From assembly GCA_964291215.2 (NCBI GenBank), contig OZ219790.1:992001-1056000 (forward strand): a stretch of 64,000 nucleotides of DNA. Reading direction: 5' to 3'. The translations under genes and the position numbers were made by a program. The notes under the pieces are model-generated. The model saw nothing but the letters and a program-made list of their open reading frames with translations. It did not search any database and was not told the origin of the DNA. The DNA comes from Alphaproteobacteria bacterium (GTDB lineage: Bacteria; Pseudomonadota; Alphaproteobacteria; MPNO01; UBA830). Shown here in pieces: positions 51,909-63,284 of this stretch; the stretch's first letter is position 1, and the number at the start of each line of letters is the position of its first letter.

Positions 51909-52349
51909 TCAGTGCGACCTGTCGGGCCGGGCAACCCGCACGATGACATCGACCCTTTGCATCTCCGTGCCCGGCGGCACCTGCGGAAGCTCGGCGAGGC
52001 TCACTTCATGGGCAGGAATGTCCTCGAGCCTGCGCGTGTCCTCGTGAAAGAAATGATGATGGTAATCCGTGTTGGTGTCAAAATAGGAGCGGCCGGCTTC
52101 GACCACGACCGCCTGCAGCAATCCCGATTCGGTGAACTGATTCAGAGTGTTGTAGATCGTGGCAAGCGAGATGTCAATGCCAACCTTCTGCGCCTCGCCG
52201 TGCAGCTCTTCGGCAGTGACATGACGGTCGCATCCGTCAAGCAACAGCCGGGCAAGCGCGATGCGCTGCTGCGTCGGACGCAGACCAGCCTTCCTCAGGG
52301 TCGCGGTCGCCCTGAAGACCCCCTCAGCATCTGGGAACGGCGTCACCAT
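51909..52349 (-). CDS. irr: Fur-family iron response regulator
   Basis: GLRPT.QR..LA.LL....RH.TAE.L, SLAT.YNTL.QF, YFDTN..HHHF. Confidence 0.9.
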   Translation of the reverse strand: MVTPFPDAEGVFRATATLRKAGLRPTQQRIALARLLLDGCDRHVTAEELHGEAQKVGIDISLATIYNTLNQFTESGLLQAVVVEAGRSYFDTNTDYHHHFFHEDTRRLEDIPAHEVSLAELPQVPPGTEMQRVDVIVRVARPDRSH

Positions 52350-52596
52350 GATCTGACGATAATGCGAATTGGAATGATTTTCAAATGCTGCAGGCTCCGG
52401 ATGCTGCCGACGCTCTGGACGGATCGCCGGTGATGGTGTTCGACAGAGCGGAATTCGATGCTCTCTGGCAATCCGCCACCCCGCACGCCTGTCGACAACA
52501 GGGCGCACTGCAAACAGACGCCAATGGCGCCAATATCTGCGTGAAGGAGAGTTCGCGTCCGCGCCGCAAGCCACCGGCACGAGAGTCGCAGGAAAT

Positions 52597-53994
52597 TCAG
52601 TCGCCGGTATGCAACCGCTCAATCAGCTGCCTGACCGTGGGCACAAAACCGTTGGAATAAAACGGATCTTCACGGAACCGGAAAGCGTTGTGTCCGGCAA
52701 ACATCAACTGATGTTCGATATCGCCGTCATGGGCGATGTCCTGAAGCGTCTTCTGGATGCAGTAGGATCTGGGATCGGGGCGGCGCCCTGTCGTGCCGCG
52801 CTCATCCTGCGCCCAGTTCGAAAAGCCGCACTGCGACAGGCACCCCATGCAGTTGGACTGGTCGGCGCGAATCTCGCGCCCCTTCTCGGGCGACACAAAG
52901 ACAACCGTCGAATCGGGAGTTCTCATCCCGTCCGTAAACCCCTCCGCGACCCAGCACAGCGCCCTCTCCCGGTCCGCCGCAGTCACGAAGATCTTGCGCC
53001 CGCGGGCACCGGTCAGGAGTTCCGCGTTCAGTTCTCCCACCGGCTGTTCGGCATAGGCGATCTGGCGCACTGACCTTTCCCGCAGTTCCTCGAGGAAGGC
53101 GTTGCGCACCGCTGACGAATAGAATCCGGTCGGGCTGTAGCGGTTGAGGAAGACATCGCCTTGCTTGAGATCAAGAAGGCGCTGCTTCCATTGCGAGGAG
53201 ATCGGGCTTTCCTGGGTTAGCAGCGGCCGCGTTCCGAACTGGAACGCCGTCGGCCCGATATCGGGATCATCGATCCAGTCTTCCCACTCCCGCAGATACC
53301 ATACGCCACCCGCCATGAAGATCGGAATTTCGCCAAGCGACATCTCCTTCATCATCCTGCGAAGCTCAACCACCCGCGGCCGCGGATCCTCGGGCTCTTC
53401 CGGATTCTCGCTGTTGGACAGGCCGTTATGGCCGCCAGCGCGCCACGGATCCTCGTAGACGACGCCGCCAAGCCAGTCCGAAAACCGGTGGTAGGCGCGT
53501 TTCCACAACGCCCGAAACGCCCGTGCCGACGACACAATCGGATAATAGTGCACACCGTACTGGGCCGCGATCTGTGCTATCCGGTAGGGCATCCCGGCGC
53601 CGCAGGTCACCCCGTCGATGAGGCCGCGCGCCCCCGCGAGAACGCCGTGCAGGACGCGTTCGGCGCCCGCCATCTCCCACAGGATGTTCATGTGTATGCG
53701 TCCCCGCCCGCCCGCTACCTCGTGGGCGATACGAGCCTGGGCGATGCCGCCGCGGATGGCGTAGGCCAGCAGCTCTTCATGACGGTCGCGCCGAGTTCGC
53801 CCCTGATAGATCACGGGAATGAGGCAGCCGTTCTGGTCGTAGGCGTCGGCATTGACGCCGGAAAAGGTGCCGATACCACCGGTTGCCGCCCAAGCGCCGG
53901 AACTCTCGCCGTTCGACACAGCGATGCCCTTCCCGCCCTCAACAAGCGGGCTGACTTCCTTTCCAGAAATAAAGAGAGGCTTGAGCTGTTTCAG
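52597..53994 (-). CDS. Nitronate monooxygenase/2-nitropropane dioxygenase-family flavoprotein (apparent CTG start)
   Basis: PLVEGGKG, CGAGMPY, EDPW.AGGHNG, QFGTRP, CMGCLS.C. Confidence 0.85.
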   Translation of the reverse strand: MKQLKPLFISGKEVSPLVEGGKGIAVSNGESSGAWAATGGIGTFSGVNADAYDQNGCLIPVIYQGRTRRDRHEELLAYAIRGGIAQARIAHEVAGGRGRIHMNILWEMAGAERVLHGVLAGARGLIDGVTCGAGMPYRIAQIAAQYGVHYYPIVSSARAFRALWKRAYHRFSDWLGGVVYEDPWRAGGHNGLSNSENPEEPEDPRPRVVELRRMMKEMSLGEIPIFMAGGVWYLREWEDWIDDPDIGPTAFQFGTRPLLTQESPISSQWKQRLLDLKQGDVFLNRYSPTGFYSSAVRNAFLEELRERSVRQIAYAEQPVGELNAELLTGARGRKIFVTAADRERALCWVAEGFTDGMRTPDSTVVFVSPEKGREIRADQSNCMGCLSQCGFSNWAQDERGTTGRRPDPRSYCIQKTLQDIAHDGDIEHQLMFAGHNAFRFREDPFYSNGFVPTVRQLIERLHTGD

Positions 53995-54099
53995 GGCCAG
54001 TCTCCAGATTGCGGCCGATGCGCGCCCGGAATGACCGCACCCGGCCGCCGCAAACCTACCACATGAAGTGCTGCCGCAACAGCAGGACCAGACGGTAAC

Positions 54100-54291
54100 C
54101 ACGACGATCCCATGCTGCTAATCCAGCGGCGACCGGCGAGATTTTTCGGTCTGCGTCGCGCTGCAATCGTGCCGCCAAGGCTCAATGAGACCTTTTCGGC
54201 GCGAAAAATTGCGATCAAGGGGCGATCTGTGATGACGCGAGCCCCAACGCACTCGGATTTCGCGTCTCGGAATCAGCATGGGATCACCGTG
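54100..54291 (-). mobile_element. MITE-A copy 4 (192 bp)
   Basis: Same TIRs; perfect 9-bp TSD GACGGTAAC. Confidence 0.93.
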
Positions 54292-54328
54292 GACGGTAAC
54301 CCAGCGCCGACCCCAGCCTCTGGCGGAA

Positions 54329-56473
54329 TCAGGATGCTGCCTGGACCTCGGCCGTGCCCGCCTTCCTGCCTCCGATCTCGGCGCCGGTCTTCTGGTCCAC
54401 GACCCGCATCGAAAGCCGCACCTTGCCGCGGTCGTCAATCGCGAGAACCTTGACCTTGACCTCATCGCCCTCGTTCACAACGTCAGTGACCTTGCCGACA
54501 CGACGGTTCTCGAGTTCCGAGATGTGAACGAGGCCGTCACGGTTACCCATGAAATTGACGAAGGCCCCGAAATCCACCACCTTGACGACCTTGCCGGAAT
54601 AGATCACGCCTACCTCCGGCTCGGCGACGATTGACCGTATCCACTCCACGGCAGCCTCGCTGGCGGTGCCGTCCGCCGAGGCAACCTTCACCGTGCCGTC
54701 ATCCTCGATATCGATCTTGGCGCCCGTCTGTTCGCAGATCTCGCGGATGACCTTGCCGCCGGTGCCAATGACGTCGCGGATCTTGTCCGTTGGTATGTGG
54801 AGGGTTGTGATGCGGGGTGCGAACTCGCTGAGGTCGCCACGCGACTTCGCGATGGCGCGGGCCATCTCGCCAAGGATATGCATGCGGCCCTGATTTGCCT
54901 GTTCCAGCGCGGTGGCCATGATTTCCTCAGTGATGCCGGTGATCTTGATGTCCATCTGGAGCGCCGTTACGCCACGCTCGGTACCGGCAACCTTGAAATC
55001 CATGTCTCCCAGGTGATCCTCGTCGCCGAGAATGTCGGAAAGCACCGCGAAACGGTCATTTTCCTTGATCAGGCCCATGGCGATTCCGGCGCAGGCCCGC
55101 CGCAGCGGCACGCCAGCATCCATCAGCGACAACGACGAACCGCAGACGGTCGCCATCGAAGACGACCCGTTCGACTCCGTGATCTCGGAGACCACCCGAA
55201 TCGTATAGGGAAAATCATCCTTCTGCGGCAGCAGCGGCCGGATCGCGCGCCATGCGAGTTTGCCATGGCCGATCTCGCGGCGGCCGGGGGCGCGCAGAAA
55301 GCTGGCTTCGCCAACCGAAAAGGGTGGAAAGTTGTAGTGCAGCAGGAAGTGTTCGCGATACTCGCCGTCGAGCGCATCGATAATCTGCTCGTCCTGGCCG
55401 GTGCCCAGCGTGGCAGTCACGATGGCCTGGGTCTCGCCGCGGGTGAACAGGGCCGACCCGTGGGCACGGGGCAGGATGCCAACTTCGGTCTCGATCGGGC
55501 GCACCTTATCGAGCGCCCGGTTGTCGATCCTCTGGCCAGTGTCGAGAATGGCGTTGCGAACGATTTCCTTCTCCACCGTCTTCACCATGCCGGCAGCACG
55601 TTCGAGGACTGCCGGTTCATCGTCGGCGAAGGCGGTGAGCGCAGCTGCCTTGGCCGCGATCACCTTCTCGACACGGCTTTGCTTGACGGTTTCCCGATAG
55701 GCCTCGCGCAGCGGTCCCTCCGCGGCCTCGCGCACGCGGGACAGGAGTTCGGCCTCATCGGCAGGCGCATTACTGAGTTCCCACGGATCCTTCGCACATT
55801 CCTCGGCAAGACCGATAATCATGTCGATCACCGGCTGGAATTCGCGATGGGCAAACATCACGGCGCCGAGCATTACCTCCTCGGACAGTTCCCGAGCTTC
55901 CGATTCGACCATGTTGACGGCATCAGCGGTGCCGGCCACCACCATGTCGAGTTGGCTCCGCTCGAGCTGGTCGGGCAGCGGGTTGAGGACATAGGCACCG
56001 TCGACATAGCCGACGCGGGCGCCGCCGATCGGCCCAAGGAACGGAAGTCCCGAGATCGTCAGCGCCGCGGAAGCGCCGACCAGTGATACAACATCAGGAT
56101 CGTTCTCGAAGTCATGCGCAAGCACGGTACAGATGACCTGGGTCTCGTTGCGGAATCCGTCGGCAAAGAGCGGCCGTATCGGGCGGTCGATCAGGCGCGA
56201 GGTCAGCGTCTCCTTCTCCGACGGACGCCCTTCCCGCTTGAAGAAGCCGCCCGGGATCCGGCCTGCCGCGAACGCCTTTTCCTGGTAGTTGACCGTGAGC
56301 GGAAAAAAATCGATTCCGGACCGCGGGCTCTTCTGCGCCACGGCCGTGCACAACACCGTGGTGCCGCCGTAACTCACCATCACGGCGCCATCAGCCTGAC
56401 GCGCGATCTTACCCGTCTCCATGGTAAGCGTGCACCCGCCCCATTCGATTTCCTTACGATGTACCGAAAACAT
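54329..56473 (-). CDS. pnp: Polyribonucleotide nucleotidyltransferase
   Basis: [32 protein letters not shown] and S1 domains. Confidence 0.99.
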   Translation of the reverse strand: MFSVHRKEIEWGGCTLTMETGKIARQADGAVMVSYGGTTVLCTAVAQKSPRSGIDFFPLTVNYQEKAFAAGRIPGGFFKREGRPSEKETLTSRLIDRPIRPLFADGFRNETQVICTVLAHDFENDPDVVSLVGASAALTISGLPFLGPIGGARVGYVDGAYVLNPLPDQLERSQLDMVVAGTADAVNMVESEARELSEEVMLGAVMFAHREFQPVIDMIIGLAEECAKDPWELSNAPADEAELLSRVREAAEGPLREAYRETVKQSRVEKVIAAKAAALTAFADDEPAVLERAAGMVKTVEKEIVRNAILDTGQRIDNRALDKVRPIETEVGILPRAHGSALFTRGETQAIVTATLGTGQDEQIIDALDGEYREHFLLHYNFPPFSVGEASFLRAPGRREIGHGKLAWRAIRPLLPQKDDFPYTIRVVSEITESNGSSSMATVCGSSLSLMDAGVPLRRACAGIAMGLIKENDRFAVLSDILGDEDHLGDMDFKVAGTERGVTALQMDIKITGITEEIMATALEQANQGRMHILGEMARAIAKSRGDLSEFAPRITTLHIPTDKIRDVIGTGGKVIREICEQTGAKIDIEDDGTVKVASADGTASEAAVEWIRSIVAEPEVGVIYSGKVVKVVDFGAFVNFMGNRDGLVHISELENRRVGKVTDVVNEGDEVKVKVLAIDDRGKVRLSMRVVDQKTGAEIGGRKAGTAEVQAAS

Positions 56474-56662
56474 GTCTTCCGTCCTTCCTGCGGTCCGCCA
56501 CCCACCGTGGCCGGACCGGACCTCACGCCGCCCTAGGAAGCGCCGCCGCCGGGTCTTCTGTCCCAGGCGGGCTTTGCGCAGCCACCATGGCTGCTTGTTC
56601 CGTAACGCACGCCGCCGGCTCTCGCCGGCCAGGGCCGAACGCCAGGCAAGGATTGTTCGTGG

Positions 56663-56932
56663 TCAGCGTCTGAGACCCAGACGCTGGATAAGCGCCCGGT
56701 AGCGCTCTTCGTCCTTGCGCTTGAGATAATCCAGCAGGCGGCGGCGGCGGCCAACCATCATCAGCAGCCCCCGGCGCGAATGGAAATCCTTCTTGTGTGC
56801 GTTCATGTGCCCGGTGAGGTTGCGGATGCGTTCCGACAGGACCGCAACCTGCACCTCGGGAGATCCGGTATCCTCGTCCCCCGTTGCATATTCCCTGATT
56901 AGTTCCGTCTTTCGCTCAGCCGTGATCGACAT
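56663..56932 (-). CDS. rpsO: 30S ribosomal protein S15
   Basis: [21 protein letters not shown]. Confidence 0.99.
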   Translation of the reverse strand: MSITAERKTELIREYATGDEDTGSPEVQVAVLSERIRNLTGHMNAHKKDFHSRRGLLMMVGRRRRLLDYLKRKDEERYRALIQRLGLRR

Positions 56933-56963
56933 CATACACCCCGTTGCATGCACATACCGTGCT

Positions 56964-57902
56964 TTACAGATTGAAGACCCTGAAAGGCCGGATTTCCCGC
57001 TCGACACGGCGAGCCAGCGCGACCGGGATATTTCCCGGACCCACGCACAGAAACACCCCTTCGTGACGCTCCGCGCGATTGCCGATACCACCTTCGTCGG
57101 AACAATCCTGCGATGCCGGTATCGCGTTGCCGTTGCGCACACATACCGTCTCTGCCTCCGTCAGCATCAGCGCCGGGATGTCGTCCAGCGCCGCTACGAT
57201 AGGAAGCAGATATTCGCTTCGCCGTTCAGTATACACCGTGGCAGCAATCTTTTCCAGCCGAATCGCATCTTTTTCACGGAACGGTCCAACCGCGGTCCGG
57301 CGCAGCCGGCTGACATGGGCGCAGGTCTCCAGTCGCGCCGCCAGATCGCGCACAAGGCTGCGCACATAGGTGCCAGGACCGCAGACAAGCTCGAAGACCG
57401 CATGATCGTCGTCCGGGCGATCGACAAGTTCGAACCGGTGGACCTGGACCTGTCGCTCCGTCAACTCCACGCTTTCGCCCGCGCGCGCGCGGGCGTAGGA
57501 CCGTTGGCCGTCGATGTTGATCGCCGAATAGAGCGGCGGCCGCTGGAGGATCGTACCGCAGAACTCCGGCAGCGCGGACCTGGTCACCGCCTCGCCGGGA
57601 CGCGCGTCGCTGGTTGCAACGATGCGGCCTTCGGCATCATCGGTATCGCGCCCGACGCCGAAGCGCGCCGTGAAACGGTATGACTTCCTGCAGTTCACCA
57701 GACAGGAGACCACCTTGGTGGCCTCGCCAAACGCGACCGGAAGCACGCCGGACGCCAGCGGATCCAAGGTTCCGGCATGTCCTGCCTTTCGGGCGCCAAA
57801 AAGGCTGCGAATCCGGTGGACCGCCGCCGCCGATGTCGGCCCCTCATCCTTGTCCATCACGACCCAGCCATGGACGGGATCGCCCTTGCGTCTACGGGTC
57901 AT
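56964..57902 (-). CDS. truB: tRNA pseudouridine(55) synthase
   Basis: [24 protein letters not shown]. Confidence 0.97.
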   Translation of the reverse strand: MTRRRKGDPVHGWVVMDKDEGPTSAAAVHRIRSLFGARKAGHAGTLDPLASGVLPVAFGEATKVVSCLVNCRKSYRFTARFGVGRDTDDAEGRIVATSDARPGEAVTRSALPEFCGTILQRPPLYSAINIDGQRSYARARAGESVELTERQVQVHRFELVDRPDDDHAVFELVCGPGTYVRSLVRDLAARLETCAHVSRLRRTAVGPFREKDAIRLEKIAATVYTERRSEYLLPIVAALDDIPALMLTEAETVCVRNGNAIPASQDCSDEGGIGNRAERHEGVFLCVGPGNIPVALARRVEREIRPFRVFNL

Positions 57903-58344
57903 CTCGCGGAATTGCCTGCTTCTCCGTTGCCTCGTCCGAAGACGGCCGGAGGTCCGCCGCGACCGCAGGCGTTCGCAGCAGTTCGGCGATGCGGTCGGCG
58001 GCATCGAACCGGGAATCGAGCGCAAAGGACAGTTCGGGCAGCCGTTTCAACGTCACGATGCCGCCGATACGGCGGCGGAAGAACGGTGCCGCCCGGTGCA
58101 GGCTGTCAAGCACCTCTTCGGCATTGCTACCGCCGAGCGGCATGACGTATGCGGTCGCGTTACCCAGATCTGGGCTTATCGATACCTCGGTGACCGTGAT
58201 CGGGACGCCCACAAGCTGCGGGTCCCGAGCCTCACCGCGCTCGAGCAGGTTTGCGAGCGCGTGCCGGATCACCTCGCCGACGCGGAGTTGGCGCTGTCTC
58301 GGTTCGACCGCAGCGCGGCCGGAACGCGTGTTTTCGGATCGCAT
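57892..58344 (-). CDS. rbfA: Ribosome-binding factor A
   Basis: QRQLRVGE.IR, TEV.ISPDL, P.L.F..D. Confidence 0.96.
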   Translation of the reverse strand: MRSENTRSGRAAVEPRQRQLRVGEVIRHALANLLERGEARDPQLVGVPITVTEVSISPDLGNATAYVMPLGGSNAEEVLDSLHRAAPFFRRRIGGIVTLKRLPELSFALDSRFDAADRIAELLRTPAVAADLRPSSDEATEKQAIPRDDP

Positions 58345-58414
58345 GTCATTTCCGCCGTCTCGAGAGGAGCCACCCGGCAACTGCCAAGCGCGTCATCTCA
58401 TTCCTTCACCGGCC

Positions 58415-61003
58415 CTAGAGCGTGCGGGCGATTTCCTCGATGTCGAAACACTCGATGACGTCGCCCTGGCGAATATCCTGATAGTTCTCGAACGCCATCC
58501 CGCATTCGAAGCCCCGGGTGACTTCGCGGACCTCGTCCTTGAAACGCTTGAGCGTTGAAAGCCGGCCCTCGTGGATCACCATGTCGTCGCGCAGCAGCCG
58601 CACCCGGGCGCCGCGCCGCACCACCCCGTCGGTCACCTCGCAGCCGGCAACCCGACCGACCTTGGAGATGTTGAAGATCTCCTTGATGGCCGCGTTGCCA
58701 AGGAACGTCTCGCGCCGCTGCGGCGACAGCATGCCAGTCAGAATCTGCTTCATGTGATCGATCAGATCAAAAATGATCGAGAAATACTGTATCTCGACCC
58801 CGTCTTTGGCGGCCATCGCCTTGGCCTGCGCGTTGGCCCGCACGTTGAAGCCCATGAGCAGCGCGTTCGACGCCTTTGCCAGCGTCACGTCCGATTCGCT
58901 GATGGCACCGACACCGGTGTGGATGACCCGAATCGAGACTTCTTCGTTACCCTGTTTCTGGAGACTCTGTGAAATCGCCTGGAGTGATCCCTGCACATCG
59001 CCCTTGACGATCACGGAGACCTCCTCGACCTTGCCGCTCTGAATCTGGCTGAAGATCTCGTCGATCGTGCCCCGCACGCCGGCGCGGAATCGCACGTCGC
59101 GATCGCGGCGCTGCCGGAATTCGGTGATTTCCCGCGCCCGCATCTCGGATTCGACGACTGTGAATTCGTCGCCGACATCCGGGGCCCCGTTCAGCCCGAG
59201 GATCTCGACCGCGGCCGACGGGCCTGCCGTCTTGACGCGCCGACCGGCATCATCGACGAGAGCGCGCACCTTTCCCCATTCTCCGCCGGCGACCACAATA
59301 TCGCCGACGCCGAGTGTGCCGCGCTGGACGAGGACCGTCGCGACCGCACCACGGCCGATATCCAGGCTGCCCTCGATGACCGCGCCGGTGGCTGAACGGT
59401 CCGGGTTGGCCCTGAGCTCCAGAGTTTCGGCAAGCAGCAATATCGCTTCTTCGAGCTTGTCGAGGTTGATCTTCTCGGTGGCCGAGATCTCGATGTCCTG
59501 AACGTCGCCGCCAACGCTCTCGACGACCACGTCATGGGCCAGCAGCTCGTTCCTGACCCGGCGGGGATCAGCATTGGGCCGATCGATCTTGTTGATCGCA
59601 ACGATGATCTGCGCACCCGCCGCCTTGGCATGGCTGATGGCCTCCGCGGTCTGCGGCATGACGCCGTCGTCGGCAGCGACGACGATGATCACGATATCCG
59701 TGACATTCGCACCACGCGACCGCATCTCGGTGAACGCTTCATGGCCCGGCGTATCGACGAAGGTGATGCGGTTGCCGTCGGCAAGCTCGACCTGATAGGC
59801 GCCGATATGCTGCGTGATGCCGCCGGCCTCGCCGCTCACCACGTCAGTCTGACGCAAGGCGTCGAGGAGCGACGTCTTACCGTGATCGACATGCCCCATG
59901 ACGGTAACTACCGGGGCGCGTGGCCTGAGCTGCGTGTCGTCATCCACCTCGCCCTGCAGTCCGATTTCGACATCGGATTCGGCAACGCGTTTGGCGGTAT
60001 GGCCGAATTCCTCGACGATCAGCTCCGCCGTGTCGGCATCGATGGTCTGGGTTATCGTCGCCATGATGCCGTTGTTCATCAGCGCCTTGGTCACGTCTCC
60101 GGCGCGCTCGGCCATGCGGTTGGCAAGCTCCTGAACAGTGATCGTCTCGGGAATGGTCACCTCGCGGAAGACCTTGACGGCCTCCTTGTTCCTCGGTTCG
60201 GCGCGCTTCTCGCGTTCGCGCCGGCGGCGCAGCGAGGCCAGGCTTCGCTGGCGCTCGTCCTCGTTCAGGGCCTGCGAAATCGTCAGCTTGCCGCCGCGCC
60301 GCCGCGCACCGTTCCGACGCCCAGAGGTCTTGCGCGGCTCGACACGCTGGGGCGTCTCGCTGTCGGGCTTGGCCTTGCCCGGCGCCGGCTTGGCAGTGGA
60401 TGCTCGGGTCTTGGCCTGGGCCGTTTCGCCGACGGAAGCCGCCCGTGCCTCAAGGCGGGCTGCCTGCTCGGCGGCCTTCCGCGCAGCCTCCTCTTCCTGA
60501 CGGTGGCGTTCCTCCTCCTCGAGGCGCCGCCGCTCGGCCTCTTCCTTGCGGCGCTCCTCCTCAAGCTCCCGGCGCAGCCGTTCCTCGTCGAGGCGACGCG
60601 CCTCCAAGGCTTCCCGGCTGGCGCGGTCCTCCTCTATCCTGACTTCGGTCTGGCGCGCATCCTCCAGCGCTCGCATGCGGGCAGCGCGTTCCGTCTCGGT
60701 CAGCGTGCGCGCGAGCGCTTCCTCGGTCTTCGTTTCCTTTGCGGTCGTCTTGGCCTTGGTTTCATCGACAGAGAAGAGTTCTGCTGCCGGAGCCGTCCCC
60801 ACCTCGGCCATGGCACCGTCCTCGGACGGCTTGAATGTCCGCTTGCGCCGGACCTCGACCGCGACCATCTTGGTCCGTCCGTGAGAAAAGCTCTGGCGCA
60901 CCTGCCCGGCGTCGACCGTCTTGTTCAGCTCAAGCCGGCCCGGCTTCGAAAGCGTAAGCTTTCCGCGTTTCCTGCTGTCGGTCTTTTCACCTGTATCCGT
61001 CAT
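58415..61003 (-). CDS. infB: Translation initiation factor IF-2
   Basis: [20 protein letters not shown]. Confidence 0.99.
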   Translation of the reverse strand: MTDTGEKTDSRKRGKLTLSKPGRLELNKTVDAGQVRQSFSHGRTKMVAVEVRRKRTFKPSEDGAMAEVGTAPAAELFSVDETKAKTTAKETKTEEALARTLTETERAARMRALEDARQTEVRIEEDRASREALEARRLDEERLRRELEEERRKEEAERRRLEEEERHRQEEEAARKAAEQAARLEARAASVGETAQAKTRASTAKPAPGKAKPDSETPQRVEPRKTSGRRNGARRRGGKLTISQALNEDERQRSLASLRRRREREKRAEPRNKEAVKVFREVTIPETITVQELANRMAERAGDVTKALMNNGIMATITQTIDADTAELIVEEFGHTAKRVAESDVEIGLQGEVDDDTQLRPRAPVVTVMGHVDHGKTSLLDALRQTDVVSGEAGGITQHIGAYQVELADGNRITFVDTPGHEAFTEMRSRGANVTDIVIIVVAADDGVMPQTAEAISHAKAAGAQIIVAINKIDRPNADPRRVRNELLAHDVVVESVGGDVQDIEISATEKINLDKLEEAILLLAETLELRANPDRSATGAVIEGSLDIGRGAVATVLVQRGTLGVGDIVVAGGEWGKVRALVDDAGRRVKTAGPSAAVEILGLNGAPDVGDEFTVVESEMRAREITEFRQRRDRDVRFRAGVRGTIDEIFSQIQSGKVEEVSVIVKGDVQGSLQAISQSLQKQGNEEVSIRVIHTGVGAISESDVTLAKASNALLMGFNVRANAQAKAMAAKDGVEIQYFSIIFDLIDHMKQILTGMLSPQRRETFLGNAAIKEIFNISKVGRVAGCEVTDGVVRRGARVRLLRDDMVIHEGRLSTLKRFKDEVREVTRGFECGMAFENYQDIRQGDVIECFDIEEIARTL

Positions 61004-61009
61004 TTTCCG

Positions 61010-61642
61010 TCAGCTTTCCTGCAATGCCCGCGAGCCCGCCGGGGCCGCTCCGGATCCACGCAAATCTTCCAGCCGCTCGACCTCGCGAACGAACCGGTCG
61101 CATACGCCGCCTGCTTCAATCGCACCATGCACCACCCGCTGCCGCCCGAAAGGTACACCCAACTGGATCGCCGTCCACAAGGCGACCACCCTGCCCGACC
61201 GGGCGCTTCGCAACAGTCTTTCTCGTCCGTCACGCGCGCCGTCCGACGCCTCAAGGAGGATCGCGGCCGATCCTCGCTCCACCATCGCCCGCACCTTCTC
61301 GTAGCCGGCGACAGCGGCTCCCGAACGGCGTGCCAGCCCGATGAGGGCCATGCACCGCTGATCGATCAGCCCGGGCAGTCGTTCCAGCAGATCCGCCGGC
61401 ACCCGCGCGTTGCGATGCGCCACCTTCGCGAAACTGTTCTCGGCACAGGCCTGCCCAAGTATATCCGCCCGCGCCGTAACCCACAATCCACGTCCGGGAA
61501 GACGTTCGGCAACATCCGGAACGACATCTCCGTCCGGCGAGATGACAAAACGTATCAGGCCGTTCCGCGAACCGACGCGGCGCGTCACGATGCAACGGCG
61601 CTGCGGCCCTTCGGCGGCGCCCGTGCCCGAGACTGTTCGCAT
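61010..61642 (-). CDS. YlxR/DUF448 + L7Ae-like RNA-binding protein
   Basis: RRCIVT, LIRFV..PDG, PGRG.W; lies between nusA and infB. Confidence 0.9.
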   Translation of the reverse strand: MRTVSGTGAAEGPQRRCIVTRRVGSRNGLIRFVISPDGDVVPDVAERLPGRGLWVTARADILGQACAENSFAKVAHRNARVPADLLERLPGLIDQRCMALIGLARRSGAAVAGYEKVRAMVERGSAAILLEASDGARDGRERLLRSARSGRVVALWTAIQLGVPFGRQRVVHGAIEAGGVCDRFVREVERLEDLRGSGAAPAGSRALQES

Positions 61643-61651
61643 GGCCGCGTC

Positions 61652-63247
61652 TCAGGTCTGCTCGACCGGCATCGCCGAATCTCCGGCAGCCTGATCGTCG
61701 TCGTCGAACCAGTGCGCCCGTGCCGCCATGATGATCGTGTTTGCCTGCTCGATATCGAGAGCGAAATCGGCAAGGAGTCCCCGACCCTCGCCCTCGCGGT
61801 TGCCCGGTGCGATCAACTCGTCGGCGGCCAGGTCGCCGAGATCGTCGAGAGTCCGGATTCCGGCCTTTCCAAGCGCCACCACCATGGCCGCGGTCAGCGC
61901 CGTTATCGCGGCAACACCGTCCTCGACACCGAGTTCGCGCCGTTCAACCTCAAGCCGCTCTTCCTCCTCTTCAAGAAACACCCGGGCACGCTTGCGCAGT
62001 TCCTCGGCGATCGATTCGTCGAACCCCTCGATGGTCAGCAGATCCTCGAGCGGCACGAACGCCACATCCTCTATGGTCGCGAAACCCTCGGCAACCAGCA
62101 GATGGGCGAGCACATCGTCGACTTCGAGCCCGTCCATGAATGCCTGCGACCGGGTCCGGAATTCCTCCTGCCGGCGCTCCGATTCCTCGTCTTCCGTGAG
62201 AATCAGGATTTCCCATTGCGTGAGCTGAGACGCAAGCCTGACATTCTGGCCGCGCCGACCGATCGCGAAGCTGAGCTGGTCATCCGGCATCACGACCTCA
62301 ATGCGTCGATTGTCCTCGTCGAGTACGACCTTGCTCACCTCTGCCGGCGCAAGCGCGTTGACGATGAACGTCGCGGCGTCGGGCGACCACTGGATGATGT
62401 CGATCTTCTCGCCCTGCAGCTCGCCGACCACGGCCTGGACGCGGCTGCCCCGCATCCCGACGCAGGCGCCGACAGGATCGATGCCCGAATCGTTCGACAA
62501 CACGGCAATCTTGGCACGGCTGCCGGGATCCCGGGCGACCGATTTGATCTCGATGATACCGTCGTAGATCTCCGGCACTTCCTGGGCGAACAGCCTCGCC
62601 ATGAATTGCGGGTGACTCCGCGACAGCAACACCTGTGGCCCGCGTTCCTCGCGCCGCACATCGTAGATATAGGCGCGAATCCTGTCGCCAGGACTGATGG
62701 GCTCGCGCGGAATGCCCTCGCCGCGGCGAATCGTTCCCTCGCCGCGCCCGAGATCGACCACGACATGACCGTAGTCGATACGCTTGATAAGGCCGCTGAC
62801 GATTTCGCCGACGCGATCCTTGAACTCCTCGTATTCGCGCCGGCGTTCGGCCTCGCGCACGGTCTGGACGATGACCTGCTTGGCAGTCTGCGCCGCGATG
62901 CGACCGAAATCGATCGGCGGCAGCGGGTCGACGATGAACTCTCCGGCGACGGCGCCGGCTTTCATGTGCTGGGCTTCGGCCGTCGTGACCTGCGTGATCT
63001 CGTTCTCGATCTCGTCGACGACCTCAAGGTAGCGCGCAAGCTTGATGTCGCCAGTCCGGCGGTCGATGACGGCGCGGACGTCATGATCCTCGCCGTATTT
63101 CTTCTCCGCGGCCCTCTGGATGGCCGCCTCCATCGCGGTCAACACCTCCTCGCGTTCGATCGCCTTCTCGCTCGCGACCGCGTCCGCCATCTGCAGAAGC
63201 TCGCGCCGGTCGTAACCCATCACCGGGATGTTTTCCATGTCTATCAT
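61652..63247 (-). CDS. nusA: Transcription factor NusA (start uncertain)
   Basis: FGRIAAQTAKQVI, ARDPGSRAK, GACVG.RG.R, AIGRRGQNVRLA. Confidence 0.98.
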   Translation of the reverse strand: MIDMENIPVMGYDRRELLQMADAVASEKAIEREEVLTAMEAAIQRAAEKKYGEDHDVRAVIDRRTGDIKLARYLEVVDEIENEITQVTTAEAQHMKAGAVAGEFIVDPLPPIDFGRIAAQTAKQVIVQTVREAERRREYEEFKDRVGEIVSGLIKRIDYGHVVVDLGRGEGTIRRGEGIPREPISPGDRIRAYIYDVRREERGPQVLLSRSHPQFMARLFAQEVPEIYDGIIEIKSVARDPGSRAKIAVLSNDSGIDPVGACVGMRGSRVQAVVGELQGEKIDIIQWSPDAATFIVNALAPAEVSKVVLDEDNRRIEVVMPDDQLSFAIGRRGQNVRLASQLTQWEILILTEDEESERRQEEFRTRSQAFMDGLEVDDVLAHLLVAEGFATIEDVAFVPLEDLLTIEGFDESIAEELRKRARVFLEEEEERLEVERRELGVEDGVAAITALTAAMVVALGKAGIRTLDDLGDLAADELIAPGNREGEGRGLLADFALDIEQANTIIMAARAHWFDDDDQAAGDSAMPVEQT

Positions 63248-63284
63248 CTGTGCAATCCCGTCTCAGTTCGGCACGACGTGCCGC

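Noticed and set aside
2023-54291. MITE-A copies as a CRISPR array or REP/BIME cluster
   Set aside because: Copies are dispersed, ~193 bp, have TSDs and no spacers; no cas or RAYT gene is present
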